Below, in pieces: positions 9,485 to 18,424 of a stretch of DNA of 64,000 bases (position 1 is its first letter; every line of letters starts with the position of its first letter). A program made the translations under genes and the position numbers. The notes below the pieces were generated by a model, which saw nothing but the letters and a program-made list of their open reading frames with translations, was not told where the DNA came from and made no database searches. The stretch covers positions 22,638 to 86,637 of the IMG/VR virus record IMGVR_UViG_3300028888_000071; one strand, given 5' to 3'. Source of the DNA: a virus (Duplodnaviria > Heunggongvirae > Uroviricota > Caudoviricetes).

Positions 9485-10108
9485 ATGAAAGTATTAGACA
9501 CAAACCAATTCATTTCTGAACGAATGAAAATCAGACCGGTGACTAATGCAGAACTGGACCAGATCCAGCAAGACATAGAAAACATGAAGTATGAACTCAC
9601 CGATAAAACAAAAAACATAGGAGACGGCACAACATTATATTGCATCAGAGCACTTAAAGACATCCCATCAGTAGAAGTCAAAAAAGGAGACTTAGGTGGC
9701 TGGATTGAGTCGTATGACAATCTAGACCAGAAAGGAGACTGCTGGGTTGCAGATGATGCTCGCGTGTTTGACCACGCTAGAGTGTATGGCAATGCTCAAG
9801 TGTATGGCCGTGCTGAAGTGTATGGCAATGCTAAAGTGTATGGCGATGCTAATGTATATAGTTTTGCTTATGTGTATGGTGACGCAGAAGTGTATGACAA
9901 TGCAAAAGTGTGTGGTCACACTTATGTGCACGATAAAGCTAAAGTGTATGACGCTGCCCAAGTCAATGGTTATGCTCATGTATTTGGCAACGCTAAAGTG
10001 TATAACAATGCTAAAGTGTATGGCAATACTTATGTATATGGCAATGCTCAAGTGCATGGCACTGCTGAAGTCAACTATGATGTCAAAGATAAAAGTATAG
10101 ACAAATAA
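9485..10108 (+). CDS. leader-domain + VYGNAx hexapeptide-repeat protein (family member 1)
   Basis: N-terminus MKVLDTNQFISERMKIRPVTNAELDQIQQD, then GDLGGWIESYDNLDQKGDCWVADDA, then about 50 tandem 6-aa units ((V)YGNAK/VYGDAE) encoded by 18-bp tandem repeats. Confidence 0.7.
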   Translation: MKVLDTNQFISERMKIRPVTNAELDQIQQDIENMKYELTDKTKNIGDGTTLYCIRALKDIPSVEVKKGDLGGWIESYDNLDQKGDCWVADDARVFDHARVYGNAQVYGRAEVYGNAKVYGDANVYSFAYVYGDAEVYDNAKVCGHTYVHDKAKVYDAAQVNGYAHVFGNAKVYNNAKVYGNTYVYGNAQVHGTAEVNYDVKDKSIDK

Positions 10109-10201
10109 AATATAAAATGAATAGCAAGCCGCCTGACTGACGGCTTTTTTAGTCTATAAAAAACACACATTAAATTTATTATTTATTCAAATACTGCATA
10201 C

Positions 10202-10226
10202 TTTTGTTATATTCAATTATAAATTA
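10202..10226 (+). promoter_or_regulatory. conserved promoter-like motif TTTTGTTATATTCAATTATAAATT
   Basis: Member of a family of at least 13 sites, located about 6-40 nt upstream of start codons. Confidence 0.45.
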
Positions 10227-10231
10227 TTGGA

Positions 10232-11575
10232 ATGAGAACACGAACAATAGACAATTTTCTGGACGTTGACCAAAGGCAGTTCGCCGAATCTGTAGTTGAA
10301 GACCGTGCAATACCGAGCTGCATCGATGGCTTCAAGCCAGTGCAGAGAAAAATCATATACATCGCAAACAAGATATGGAAGACTGGAAACGAGAAGCCGA
10401 TGAAAGTGTTCCAGCTTGGCGGGCATGTCTCAAGCCAAGCGATGTATGCTCACGGCGATGCTTCACTCAACAAAGCAATCTCGCTCATGGGCACCACATA
10501 CAAGAACAGCCTCCCGCTGTTAGAAGGCCACGGGCAGTATGGCTCGCTCCGTGTGCCAGCAATGGGTGCTCCAAGATACATCGGCACGAAACTGTCCAAG
10601 AACTTCAGACTTCTCTACAAAGACTTCGAACTTCTCAAGAACAAGATAGACGAAGGCGTCGAGGTCGAGCCTGACTTCTTCTTGCCCATCGTCCCGACTA
10701 TACTGCTCAATGGAAGTTCCGGCATCGCAGTCGGATATTCGACTAACATCTTGAACAGGAACCCGCTTGATGTCATTGACGCTTGCACCGACTATCTCAA
10801 AGGCAAGAAAGTGAAAGAGCTCAAGCCGTGGTTCAGAGAGTTCAGCGGCACTTGGAAAAGAGATGACGAAATCGTGAACAAGTGGAACATATCAGGCGCA
10901 TACCAAGTAGTGAACACCACGACAGTGAAAGTCACTGAACTGCCGCCTGACATCACATTCGAGAAGTATGAAGACTGGCTCGAGACACTATGCACGAAAA
11001 AGACCATATTTGACTACGACAACAACAGTTCAAGCTCAGTCAACTACACATTGAAGTTCAATCGTGCGACTCTTAAAGACCTCATCTCTTCAGGCAAGCT
11101 GGAGAATGTGCTGAAAGTGAACTCGTCTGAGACAGAGAACATCGTCGCTATCGATGAGAACGGCAAGCTCAAAGTGTTCAGTCAAGCTGAAGACATCATA
11201 CCATATTTCTGTGAGTTCAGACTAAAATGGTACGACAAGAGAAAAGAATATATCATCAACAAATTGCAGCAAGAGCTTCTCGTGCTGTCAAACAAAGCAC
11301 GGTTCATCAAGTCAATCATCGACAAGAAACTCAAAGTAAACAATGTCCCGAAAGCAGAAGTGGTAGCTTGGCTTGCAGACAACAAGTTCGACAAGATGAA
11401 CGGCAGCTTTGACTACCTGACGAACATGGCTATCTACAATCTGACAAAAGAGAAATATGAAGAACTCCTCAAACAGAAAGAAGCGAAAGCCAAAGAACTT
11501 GATGACATGAAGAAACGTGTTCCGAAAGACATGTACATGGATGATTTGAAAACCCTTAGAAAAAGTGTTGCGTGA
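10232..11575 (+). CDS. type II DNA topoisomerase, GyrA-N-terminal-like subunit (T4 gp52-like)
   Basis: FKPVQRKIIY...GHVSSQAMYAHGDASLNKAISLMG...GQYGSL...GAPRYIGTKLS parallels GyrA KPVHRR...YHPHGD...GNFGS...AMRYTEARL, including the active-site Tyr. Confidence 0.7.
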   Translation: MRTRTIDNFLDVDQRQFAESVVEDRAIPSCIDGFKPVQRKIIYIANKIWKTGNEKPMKVFQLGGHVSSQAMYAHGDASLNKAISLMGTTYKNSLPLLEGHGQYGSLRVPAMGAPRYIGTKLSKNFRLLYKDFELLKNKIDEGVEVEPDFFLPIVPTILLNGSSGIAVGYSTNILNRNPLDVIDACTDYLKGKKVKELKPWFREFSGTWKRDDEIVNKWNISGAYQVVNTTTVKVTELPPDITFEKYEDWLETLCTKKTIFDYDNNSSSSVNYTLKFNRATLKDLISSGKLENVLKVNSSETENIVAIDENGKLKVFSQAEDIIPYFCEFRLKWYDKRKEYIINKLQQELLVLSNKARFIKSIIDKKLKVNNVPKAEVVAWLADNKFDKMNGSFDYLTNMAIYNLTKEKYEELLKQKEAKAKELDDMKKRVPKDMYMDDLKTLRKSVA

Positions 11576-11985
11576 TGTTTAGCGATTCCAAAAACATAAA
11601 ATGCACTGATGACTTGAACTGCGTCATATACAACCAGAATGCTTTTCTTGGCAAAGATGCTGGGTTAGCGTATCCGACTTCTGTGCAGTTTTCTGCGTCT
11701 TTCGTTCTGGACAGAAGGCCTCCTGATGTGACGTTCAACACATTGTACATAACGACAGACAACGAAAAGGTGAATTTCTACAATTCTACAATAGCTAGGA
11801 TAAGAAGATACCAGACATGCGGCAGAACAGTCCATATTGATGTGTCATATTTCTCAAATATGCTCGACAACACTATAGCTGAAGTATTGGTGAACCACGG
11901 AAAAGATATCAAATGCATAGCAAATGTAACCGAAAACGGTGGAGTAAGAATAAAAATATTGTTAGAACATGTTCAGCGACAATGA
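11572..11985 (+). CDS. MFSDN-family small protein (137 aa)
   Basis: Starts MMFSDSKNIKC. C-terminus ...IKILLEHVQ, paralogous to 12447-12836. Confidence 0.5.
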   Translation: MMFSDSKNIKCTDDLNCVIYNQNAFLGKDAGLAYPTSVQFSASFVLDRRPPDVTFNTLYITTDNEKVNFYNSTIARIRRYQTCGRTVHIDVSYFSNMLDNTIAEVLVNHGKDIKCIANVTENGGVRIKILLEHVQRQ

Positions 11986-12211
11986 CAACCTTAAAGATTT
12001 CGTGAAAGAAGACTTCATCCCGGAAACAGAAATGGATCCTCCGAGAGCAGAGCTTTTTTTCTACAATCTCATCGACAGTGAAAACATCAGCAAACTGATG
12101 AACGACTCAGACAGTTTGCGTGTGATGCCACAGACTAGTTTCACAGAATCATTTGCAGACTATGCGAAAACATTTGACGAATTCATCGTTGACTGGGACT
12201 CTAAAATTTGA
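11969..12211 (+). CDS. MFSDN-family small protein (80 aa)
   Basis: Starts MFSDNDNLKDF. The start is embedded in the GAACATGTTCAGCGACAA junction. Confidence 0.45.
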   Translation: MFSDNDNLKDFVKEDFIPETEMDPPRAELFFYNLIDSENISKLMNDSDSLRVMPQTSFTESFADYAKTFDEFIVDWDSKI

Positions 12212-12444
12212 GAGAAATGTTCAGTGACAATCCAAAACTTATAGACAATCATTTCTTGAAAGCCGGATACACATATTTCTGCAAAAAAGACTATGATGCG
12301 ATACCGCTCATGTATACTTATTATGGAACTAAATTCCACAAAGGAGAGTCATATGTATGCTTATTTGATGGCGTGTTGATGAATAAACAAGGCGGCTTCT
12401 TTTTTGAAAAAGACGTGAAGAATCCTAAAGAATATTTTGAATAG
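12208..12444 (+). CDS. MFSDN-family small protein (78 aa)
   Basis: MREMFSDNPKLID. Overlapping start/stop. Confidence 0.45.
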   Translation: MREMFSDNPKLIDNHFLKAGYTYFCKKDYDAIPLMYTYYGTKFHKGESYVCLFDGVLMNKQGGFFFEKDVKNPKEYFE

Positions 12445-12446
12445 CC

Positions 12447-12836
12447 ATGTTTAGTGACAACGAAAATCTCAAATGCATCATAACAGACAATCTTAACTGT
12501 GTCATTTATAGTCAAAGATTCATACCAGTAACTCACAACTTGCAGTTTTCGATATCTTTTTTTCTTGGCAAAAACAAAACAGCACCGGTGCTCACATCCC
12601 AAAACATAATAATCAAGACTGATGACAATTGCATAAACCGCAAAAGCTGCACTCTTGGCAAAGTGCTGAGATACAAGACGTGTGATAACAATGCTGCTGC
12701 TGATGTTTTATATTTTGCAATAGGCAGTGAACTTACACGGATACTGTTCAACAACGGCAAAGAATTGAGATGTGAAGCATACTGCACAGAAGCTGGCGCA
12801 ATCGAACTAAAAATATTTTTAGAACATGTTCAGTGA
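12447..12836 (+). CDS. MFSDN-family small protein (129 aa)
   Basis: MFSDNENLKCIITDNLNCVIYSQRF... ends ELKIFLEHVQ. Paralog of 11572-11985. Confidence 0.5.
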   Translation: MFSDNENLKCIITDNLNCVIYSQRFIPVTHNLQFSISFFLGKNKTAPVLTSQNIIIKTDDNCINRKSCTLGKVLRYKTCDNNAAADVLYFAIGSELTRILFNNGKELRCEAYCTEAGAIELKIFLEHVQ

Positions 12837-13077
12837 CAACAAAAGTTTAGTCGGCAAGATAGACACAGTTGACCCGGAAGTATTGAAGAATCATTACAGG
12901 TTCCACAAGTGCAGAAAATGCAAACTAGTTTATGCATATGATATAGATAAGCCAGACAACTCAATCATAGACTATGATGATGACTGGCACTATGACTGTC
13001 CGTATTGTGGAGCTGTCTGGTACAGGCCAGCAAGTCTAAACTTTCTTGGCTGCATAATCAGGAATATATTTTCTTGA
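12826..13077 (+). CDS. MFSDN-family small protein (83 aa), Cys-rich C-terminus
   Basis: MFSDNKSLVGK... CRKC...CPYCG (zinc-ribbon-like). Confidence 0.45.
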   Translation: MFSDNKSLVGKIDTVDPEVLKNHYRFHKCRKCKLVYAYDIDKPDNSIIDYDDDWHYDCPYCGAVWYRPASLNFLGCIIRNIFS

Positions 13078-13080
13078 GTT

Positions 13081-13104
13081 TTTTGTTATATTCAATTATA
13101 AATA
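13081..13104 (+). promoter_or_regulatory. conserved promoter-like motif TTTTGTTATATTCAATTATAAATA (also contains TATAAATA)
   Basis: 20 nt upstream of ATG 13124. Confidence 0.45.
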
Positions 13105-13123
13105 TGACAAATAGATATGACTT

Positions 13124-16100
13124 ATGAAAATCCTCAAGTCTAATGAGTACTATTATTTCAACAGAAAAGAAATGCTGTCTGAGTCATTGTCTAATTTGTC
13201 TAAGAACGAGTCAGACTTTGGAAAATACCTCAGGACGAACACTCCCATGATATATGCGTTCATCACGAAAGACATCCCTGACGCGATAAAAGTCGGCTAC
13301 ACGAACCAGGGAGTGCAGAACCGCATCGACCAGTGGAAGAAGAAATACAACGACATAACAGTGCTCGGACAATGGACAGCGACAGAGATAAACCAGCTTG
13401 GAGAGAAAGTGTTTTTCATGGACTATCCGGTGCACGCGAAGATAGAAGGCCGTGGCTATGCTAACGTGAAGCCAGACGACAAACGGTTCCATCAGGTAGA
13501 GAACATCCATGTCAGCAAAGAGTTCTTCAACAAATACAAAGACATCACCAGAAATGAGGCTGACGCGCTTTCTGACAAGATAATCGGCGACATCATGGCT
13601 GAGTTGAAGAATGACATCAGAAACAACAAGTCAGCCATAAACCTGTACAAGTTCATCTTTGATGGAAGCAAAGCTCTTGCTGGCAAAGCAATGGGTGCTC
13701 CGAACACATTCTCACCGACACCGCTCCAGACAGACTGCATAAACGCGGCTACTAACGCGATACAACACGGCAAGACTGACTTGCTGATGGCTGCCGTGAT
13801 GAGGTTCGGCAAGACTGCAGCGACATACTGGATCATAAAGAACAACAACATCAAGTATGCTGTGGTGACTTCAGCAAAAGCTGACACCCGTGAAGCTTGG
13901 CGGAATGACATAAATCACGTCGACTTCATCGATGACTTCTGCTTCATAGAATTCGACGGCAACCACAGCCTTGCTGTCTCTGAAAAAGACGAGAACAGCG
14001 GAAGGATACACACCGAATTCTACCAAGATCCGGACCTCATCGACAAAAAGAGAAAAGAGGGCAAGACGGTCATCATATACGCGACATTGCAAGACTTGTC
14101 TGGAAAACACGACAGACTTGATGCAAGCCTTGGCGTGAAACAAGAAAAGACAGACAGGAAGATAAAAGACAAGCATAGATACATATTCGAGAACAAGCCT
14201 GAACTCATCGTCATAGACGAGACACATTACGGATCACATTCTAACATATACGGCAAAGCCACAGGACTCGCGAAAGACTATATGGACTACGATGACGTCA
14301 AGAAAGAGATGCAGAAAGAGAGCAAAGACAGGCAGAAACTTGACGAATACACAAGAAGCATCGACGCAGAAATAAGGCTGCAGTGTTCGGGAACGCCATA
14401 CTACATATTAGCAAGTGGTGAGTTCGGCGACAACTATGCTCACAAAGAAATCATTTCAGACGTGTCATTGTCTGACATGATCGAGTCTCGTGACAAATGG
14501 GTGGAAGAACATCCTGGCCAAGATGAGTCAGAATCACCATATTTCGGAATACCGAACATCTACAAGTTCGGGATGAAACTGACGAAGAAATGCATGTCAG
14601 CTATAAAGAAGTCAGACGAGAACACAGCAATGCATGTTCTGTTTGAGAACGACGGCAATGAGTTCAGACATAAAGACGCTGTCATCGACTTGATGGAGAA
14701 CATATTCGGCGCGAACAGCAAGAAGATGCCAGGGTGGTTGAACGAAGACAAGATAAAGAACGGAGAGATCTTCAAACATATGGTGATGGTGCTCCCGCAT
14801 ATCAATGACTGCAACTTGATGAGAGACTTGCTTGTTGATGAGAACATCGTCAACACAAAAGAAAGAGAAATCATCATCGCTGTCGAAAGAAGAAGCAAAC
14901 GAAGCACAGGCGGTTTCGGACTTGAAGCAGCAGCAAAAGATTCTGATGCTCTCAACACCAGACTTGAAGAACTTGAAGAGCAAGGCAAGCACAGCCTGAC
15001 AATAACAGTGAACCGTTTCTTGACGGGAGTGTCGATACCGCTGTGGGATTCTATGCTGTACATGAAAGACACGAGAAGCCCGCAAGAATATGACCAGAAC
15101 ATAATGAGACTCTGCACGAGATGTGTCGGCAAAGCTAAAGACAGTTCCGGCAAAGAAATCAAGATGTGCAAGAAAGCGAATGTCTATGTGGTGGACTTCA
15201 AGATAGACAGGATGTTCGAAATGGTGAACAGCACGGCGAATGCTCAGATTCTGGCATCAAAGAAAGAATGGTCAAAAGACTTGTTTGAGAAAATAGTCAA
15301 ACGGATGCTGAAGACGACGCCTCTCTATTCAGTCCCGAAAGACAGTGTCTACACAACTAACACAGACACCATCGTTTCTGGAATGCATGAGCTTTCTGTT
15401 GATGACTTGCTGAAGAAATACATCAACTACAACAGGACGAAATCTATTGAAGAGACAATCAACATAAATGACTTCAGTCATTTCTACAGCAACGTTGGCA
15501 ATGCTGCTTTGCTGAAAAGCTTCTCTGCAAACGAACTCAACTCAGCAAAAGAGATAATGAACGTTGAGGGAGAAGACTCGCCAGAACTGCAGCTCACGAA
15601 AAGCGGGACTCAGAAAAACACAGCCAGTGACAGCGGAAACAAACCAGGCAAGAACCCGGTTGCTGAAGACAACAAAGCAAGGCTGGCTAACATGATAAAG
15701 AGAATCTTGTATTCAGCGATGTGCATGGGAATGGAAAATGAAATAAACACCATACATGACTATCTTGACTTGGTGAAGAATGACAAGGAATGCAAGAAAA
15801 CATTCACAAGCTTCAAGATGAATGAGAAGACAGTGAACGACATCGTGAGCACAATGACAAGTGGAGAGCGGAGAATGCTGAGCTTCTATCTTTCTCAACT
15901 GAACTACATAACGAAAGACAAGACGATGAGTCCTGCCGAAAGAGTCCAGACATGCATGGCGAAACTTGGCAAGCTTGACAAAAGCGAGGTAATCACACCG
16001 AAGACAATCGTGAAGAAGATGATTGCCAAACTGGACAGAAGTGATTTCGAGAAAGCAGACAGCATTTTAGAGGTGAACTCAAAGAATGGTGAGTTCGTGA

Positions 16101-17200
16101 CAGAGATATATGAGCAATATGGCAAAAAAGTCGCGAACAAAGTGAAGATTGTGGCAAGCTCATCAATGACGAAGCAGTTCATCAGACTTGTATTGAGGAC
16201 ACTTGGACTGGATGAGAAGAATTTGATTGAGATTGATAACACGGACAATTACAACATAAAAGATTTTTTAGACACAGATATGACAAAAGAGAACAAAGGA
16301 AAGAAATTCGACATCTGCTTGATGAACCCGCCGTATGGTGGAACCCTTCATTTGAAATTTTTGGAAAAAGTCATTGACATAAGCAAAAATGTCATATCAA
16401 TACAGCCTATTATTTGGTTGTTTGGTCAAAATGATTTATCAAAACAATTGGACAAAATCAACACAATTAAAGAAAACATCAATACATATGAATCATCTAT
16501 TGAAAAAATAAACCAACAACATTTTGGGGATGCAGCAATAGGCCAAGACACTGGCATTATACATATAAACAAAGAAGTTAAGAATACAAAGACTGATGTC
16601 ACGTACAATGATAAAAAATATACAACAGATAATATATATGACATAAAAAAGTATGGTGATGACAAACTGTTGCACGAATTAGAAAAAACGCTGAAGCCTA
16701 TTTATGAAAAAGACAATTTTTTCAATCATTTAGTGTTTGGTCCTCGTTCAAAAGGGCATTTAGGCAAAAAGAAAAATGAAGAAAGAATTGATTTCAATCC
16801 AAATGTAGAAAATTTTATTGTAAACATGCCCCAAATGCGAGGACATGTAAACAGTGATGATTTTTACACCGCATGTGAAAAACAACTAAAACCTGTCAAA
16901 TATAAAGATTATTATAAAGGAAAAAAGACACCGTGGAGTTATATTGTTTGTGACAATAAAACTTATTGTGAACATATTATAAATTATCTGAAAACAGATT
17001 TTGTTAGAAGTTGTCTATATTTTAATAAATTTTCAACATTTTTTATCACACATGTAATTCCTTGGTTTGATTTCACTGACGAGCATTTTTCAAAGTCTCC
17101 AAGAGAGATTGATGACTGGTTGTTCAAAAAGTATGGCATAAGTGATGAGATTAGAAAACATATAGAAGAGATATTGCCAGATTATTATGGTATTAGATAA
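13124..17200 (+). CDS. large fusion protein: N-terminal SF2 helicase (DExH) + C-terminal gamma-class N6-adenine DNA methyltransferase
   Basis: Walker A MRFGKTAAT and LIVIDETHYGSH (DExH box). Later ITPKTIVKKMI (motif X), ILEVNSKNGEFV (motif I), FDICLMNPPYGG (motif IV NPPY), then about 290 aa of putative target-recognition region. Confidence 0.65.
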   Translation: MKILKSNEYYYFNRKEMLSESLSNLSKNESDFGKYLRTNTPMIYAFITKDIPDAIKVGYTNQGVQNRIDQWKKKYNDITVLGQWTATEINQLGEKVFFMDYPVHAKIEGRGYANVKPDDKRFHQVENIHVSKEFFNKYKDITRNEADALSDKIIGDIMAELKNDIRNNKSAINLYKFIFDGSKALAGKAMGAPNTFSPTPLQTDCINAATNAIQHGKTDLLMAAVMRFGKTAATYWIIKNNNIKYAVVTSAKADTREAWRNDINHVDFIDDFCFIEFDGNHSLAVSEKDENSGRIHTEFYQDPDLIDKKRKEGKTVIIYATLQDLSGKHDRLDASLGVKQEKTDRKIKDKHRYIFENKPELIVIDETHYGSHSNIYGKATGLAKDYMDYDDVKKEMQKESKDRQKLDEYTRSIDAEIRLQCSGTPYYILASGEFGDNYAHKEIISDVSLSDMIESRDKWVEEHPGQDESESPYFGIPNIYKFGMKLTKKCMSAIKKSDENTAMHVLFENDGNEFRHKDAVIDLMENIFGANSKKMPGWLNEDKIKNGEIFKHMVMVLPHINDCNLMRDLLVDENIVNTKEREIIIAVERRSKRSTGGFGLEAAAKDSDALNTRLEELEEQGKHSLTITVNRFLTGVSIPLWDSMLYMKDTRSPQEYDQNIMRLCTRCVGKAKDSSGKEIKMCKKANVYVVDFKIDRMFEMVNSTANAQILASKKEWSKDLFEKIVKRMLKTTPLYSVPKDSVYTTNTDTIVSGMHELSVDDLLKKYINYNRTKSIEETININDFSHFYSNVGNAALLKSFSANELNSAKEIMNVEGEDSPELQLTKSGTQKNTASDSGNKPGKNPVAEDNKARLANMIKRILYSAMCMGMENEINTIHDYLDLVKNDKECKKTFTSFKMNEKTVNDIVSTMTSGERRMLSFYLSQLNYITKDKTMSPAERVQTCMAKLGKLDKSEVITPKTIVKKMIAKLDRSDFEKADSILEVNSKNGEFVTEIYEQYGKKVANKVKIVASSSMTKQFIRLVLRTLGLDEKNLIEIDNTDNYNIKDFLDTDMTKENKGKKFDICLMNPPYGGTLHLKFLEKVIDISKNVISIQPIIWLFGQNDLSKQLDKINTIKENINTYESSIEKINQQHFGDAAIGQDTGIIHINKEVKNTKTDVTYNDKKYTTDNIYDIKKYGDDKLLHELEKTLKPIYEKDNFFNHLVFGPRSKGHLGKKKNEERIDFNPNVENFIVNMPQMRGHVNSDDFYTACEKQLKPVKYKDYYKGKKTPWSYIVCDNKTYCEHIINYLKTDFVRSCLYFNKFSTFFITHVIPWFDFTDEHFSKSPREIDDWLFKKYGISDEIRKHIEEILPDYYGIR
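16307..16336 (+). repeat. 30-nt exact direct repeat (copy A) spanning the NPPY motif
   Basis: ttcgacatctgcttgatgaacccgccgtat, identical to 17217-17246. Confidence 0.8.
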
Positions 17201-17936
17201 TGTTAATGTGATTAAGTTCGACATCTGCTTGATGAACCCGCCGTATAACAAGAATATGCATCTGAAGTTCTTAGCAAAAATGATAAAGACTGCTGGAACT
17301 GTCGTCAGTGTGCAGCCTGCTGGCTATCTGCTTGACTTGCCTGCTGTGTTTGGCTGGAAAACTACAACTTACCAGAAATTCGAACACAGTGTCTCATCAC
17401 ATATAAACACCATCGATTTGTTGTCAGCAAAAGAAATGAATGACATGTTCCGCATCGGCACTTTTGAAAAGCTCGGGATCTACCAATGTGACTTCAAGAA
17501 GTACGATATCTACAAGACAGTGTTCAAGTCAGATGAACGGAAAAATCTCTCTATTTTCCTCAAGACTATACAGCTTGTCTATGACGGAAAAGTCGACAAC
17601 ATAAAAAACCATATAAACATCTCAACTATACACGGACATCCTGACAGCGAAGACGAGTTTGACATCATAACGCCGCAGTACGAAATCGCAAAGAAAGTGA
17701 AGCCTGATGACATGACTGAACAGGAGTTCATCAACTGGCATGAAAGCTGCAGCACAAAGTTCATGAAATACTGCAACTTATTGACAAGACAAGGCCAGCA
17801 CCTGCAGCCACAATGGCTCCCATACATGAATGACTATACTAGAAAGTGGAATGACAAAGACTTTTACGATTTCTTCAATTTGACTGAAGAAGAACGGAAT
17901 CATATTGAACAGACAATGAAAAAGCACGTGTTATGA
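17187..17936 (+). CDS. N6-adenine DNA methyltransferase fragment/module (motif IV NPPY + divergent target-recognition region)
   Basis: Begins VIKFDICLMNPPYNKNMHLKFLAK, paralogous to aa about 1060-1090 of the upstream fusion protein. The downstream 230 aa are unrelated to the upstream copy. Confidence 0.55.
   Translation: MVLDNVNVIKFDICLMNPPYNKNMHLKFLAKMIKTAGTVVSVQPAGYLLDLPAVFGWKTTTYQKFEHSVSSHINTIDLLSAKEMNDMFRIGTFEKLGIYQCDFKKYDIYKTVFKSDERKNLSIFLKTIQLVYDGKVDNIKNHINISTIHGHPDSEDEFDIITPQYEIAKKVKPDDMTEQEFINWHESCSTKFMKYCNLLTRQGQHLQPQWLPYMNDYTRKWNDKDFYDFFNLTEEERNHIEQTMKKHVL
17217..17246 (+). repeat. 30-nt exact direct repeat (copy B)
   Basis: Identical to 16307-16336. Confidence 0.8.
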
Positions 17937-18394
17937 AAAATTTCTCCATAGAACAGTTTTTGAGTTTAGACAACTACACTACAGACGCTCGTCTTTCAAG
18001 ACGCAAAGGTTCTGGCGGCTCACAAGAGTTCTTCACGCCATATTCCATAGTGAAACGCATGGCAGACAAAATCTCAGATGAAGACTGGGCAAATCCAGAA
18101 AAGACATTCTTAGAACCTGCAGCCGGAAACGGGCAGTTCGTCTGCTACATAGTCTACAGGAGAATTATTTCTGGTGTAGATCCTGTCACAGTGTTCAAGA
18201 CACTTTACGCAACTGAACTGATGCAAGACAATGTCGATGAGATGAAGGCACGCTGTCTGGATCTCCTTGACGAAATGGAAGTCACTTATGACAAAGACGA
18301 AATCATTTCTATAATGGACCACAATTTCGTCTGCACTGACTTCTTCAACTGGGACTACATCAACTGGAAACCAGAAAAGAAAGCATTGTTCTAA
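17933..18394 (+). CDS. N6-adenine DNA methyltransferase module carrying motifs X and I (SAM-binding)
   Basis: FFTPYSIVKRMADKI (motif X) and FLEPAAGNGQFV (motif I, FxGxG). ATGA overlap with the preceding NPPY-containing ORF. Order IV-then-X/I is permuted relative to the upstream fused copy. Confidence 0.55.
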   Translation: MKNFSIEQFLSLDNYTTDARLSRRKGSGGSQEFFTPYSIVKRMADKISDEDWANPEKTFLEPAAGNGQFVCYIVYRRIISGVDPVTVFKTLYATELMQDNVDEMKARCLDLLDEMEVTYDKDEIISIMDHNFVCTDFFNWDYINWKPEKKALF

Positions 18395-18424
18395 ACCTAT
18401 AAATATTAAAACATAAAAACATAA

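Noticed and set aside
9770-10080. Tandem short repeats as a possible CRISPR array
   Set aside because: Repeats are 18 bp, contiguous without spacers, in-frame and coding (6-aa units). This is not a CRISPR repeat-spacer architecture.
9722-10100. Antisense and alternative-frame ORFs inside the hexapeptide repeat arrays (e.g. 9722-10057, 9747-10100, 23630-24049, 24387-24773, 26537-26749, 33190-33531, 34554-35252, 42444-43179), translating as MLKCMAMLKCM... or HFSIAIHFS...
   Set aside because: They are by-products of the 18-bp periodic DNA (every frame stays open in a low-complexity repeat). They lack independent starts and signals and overlap the well-supported sense genes.
10375-10674. Arg-rich ORF 10375-10674 within the topoisomerase gene
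   Set aside because: Alternative frame of a well-supported gene with compositionally odd translation. No signals of its own.
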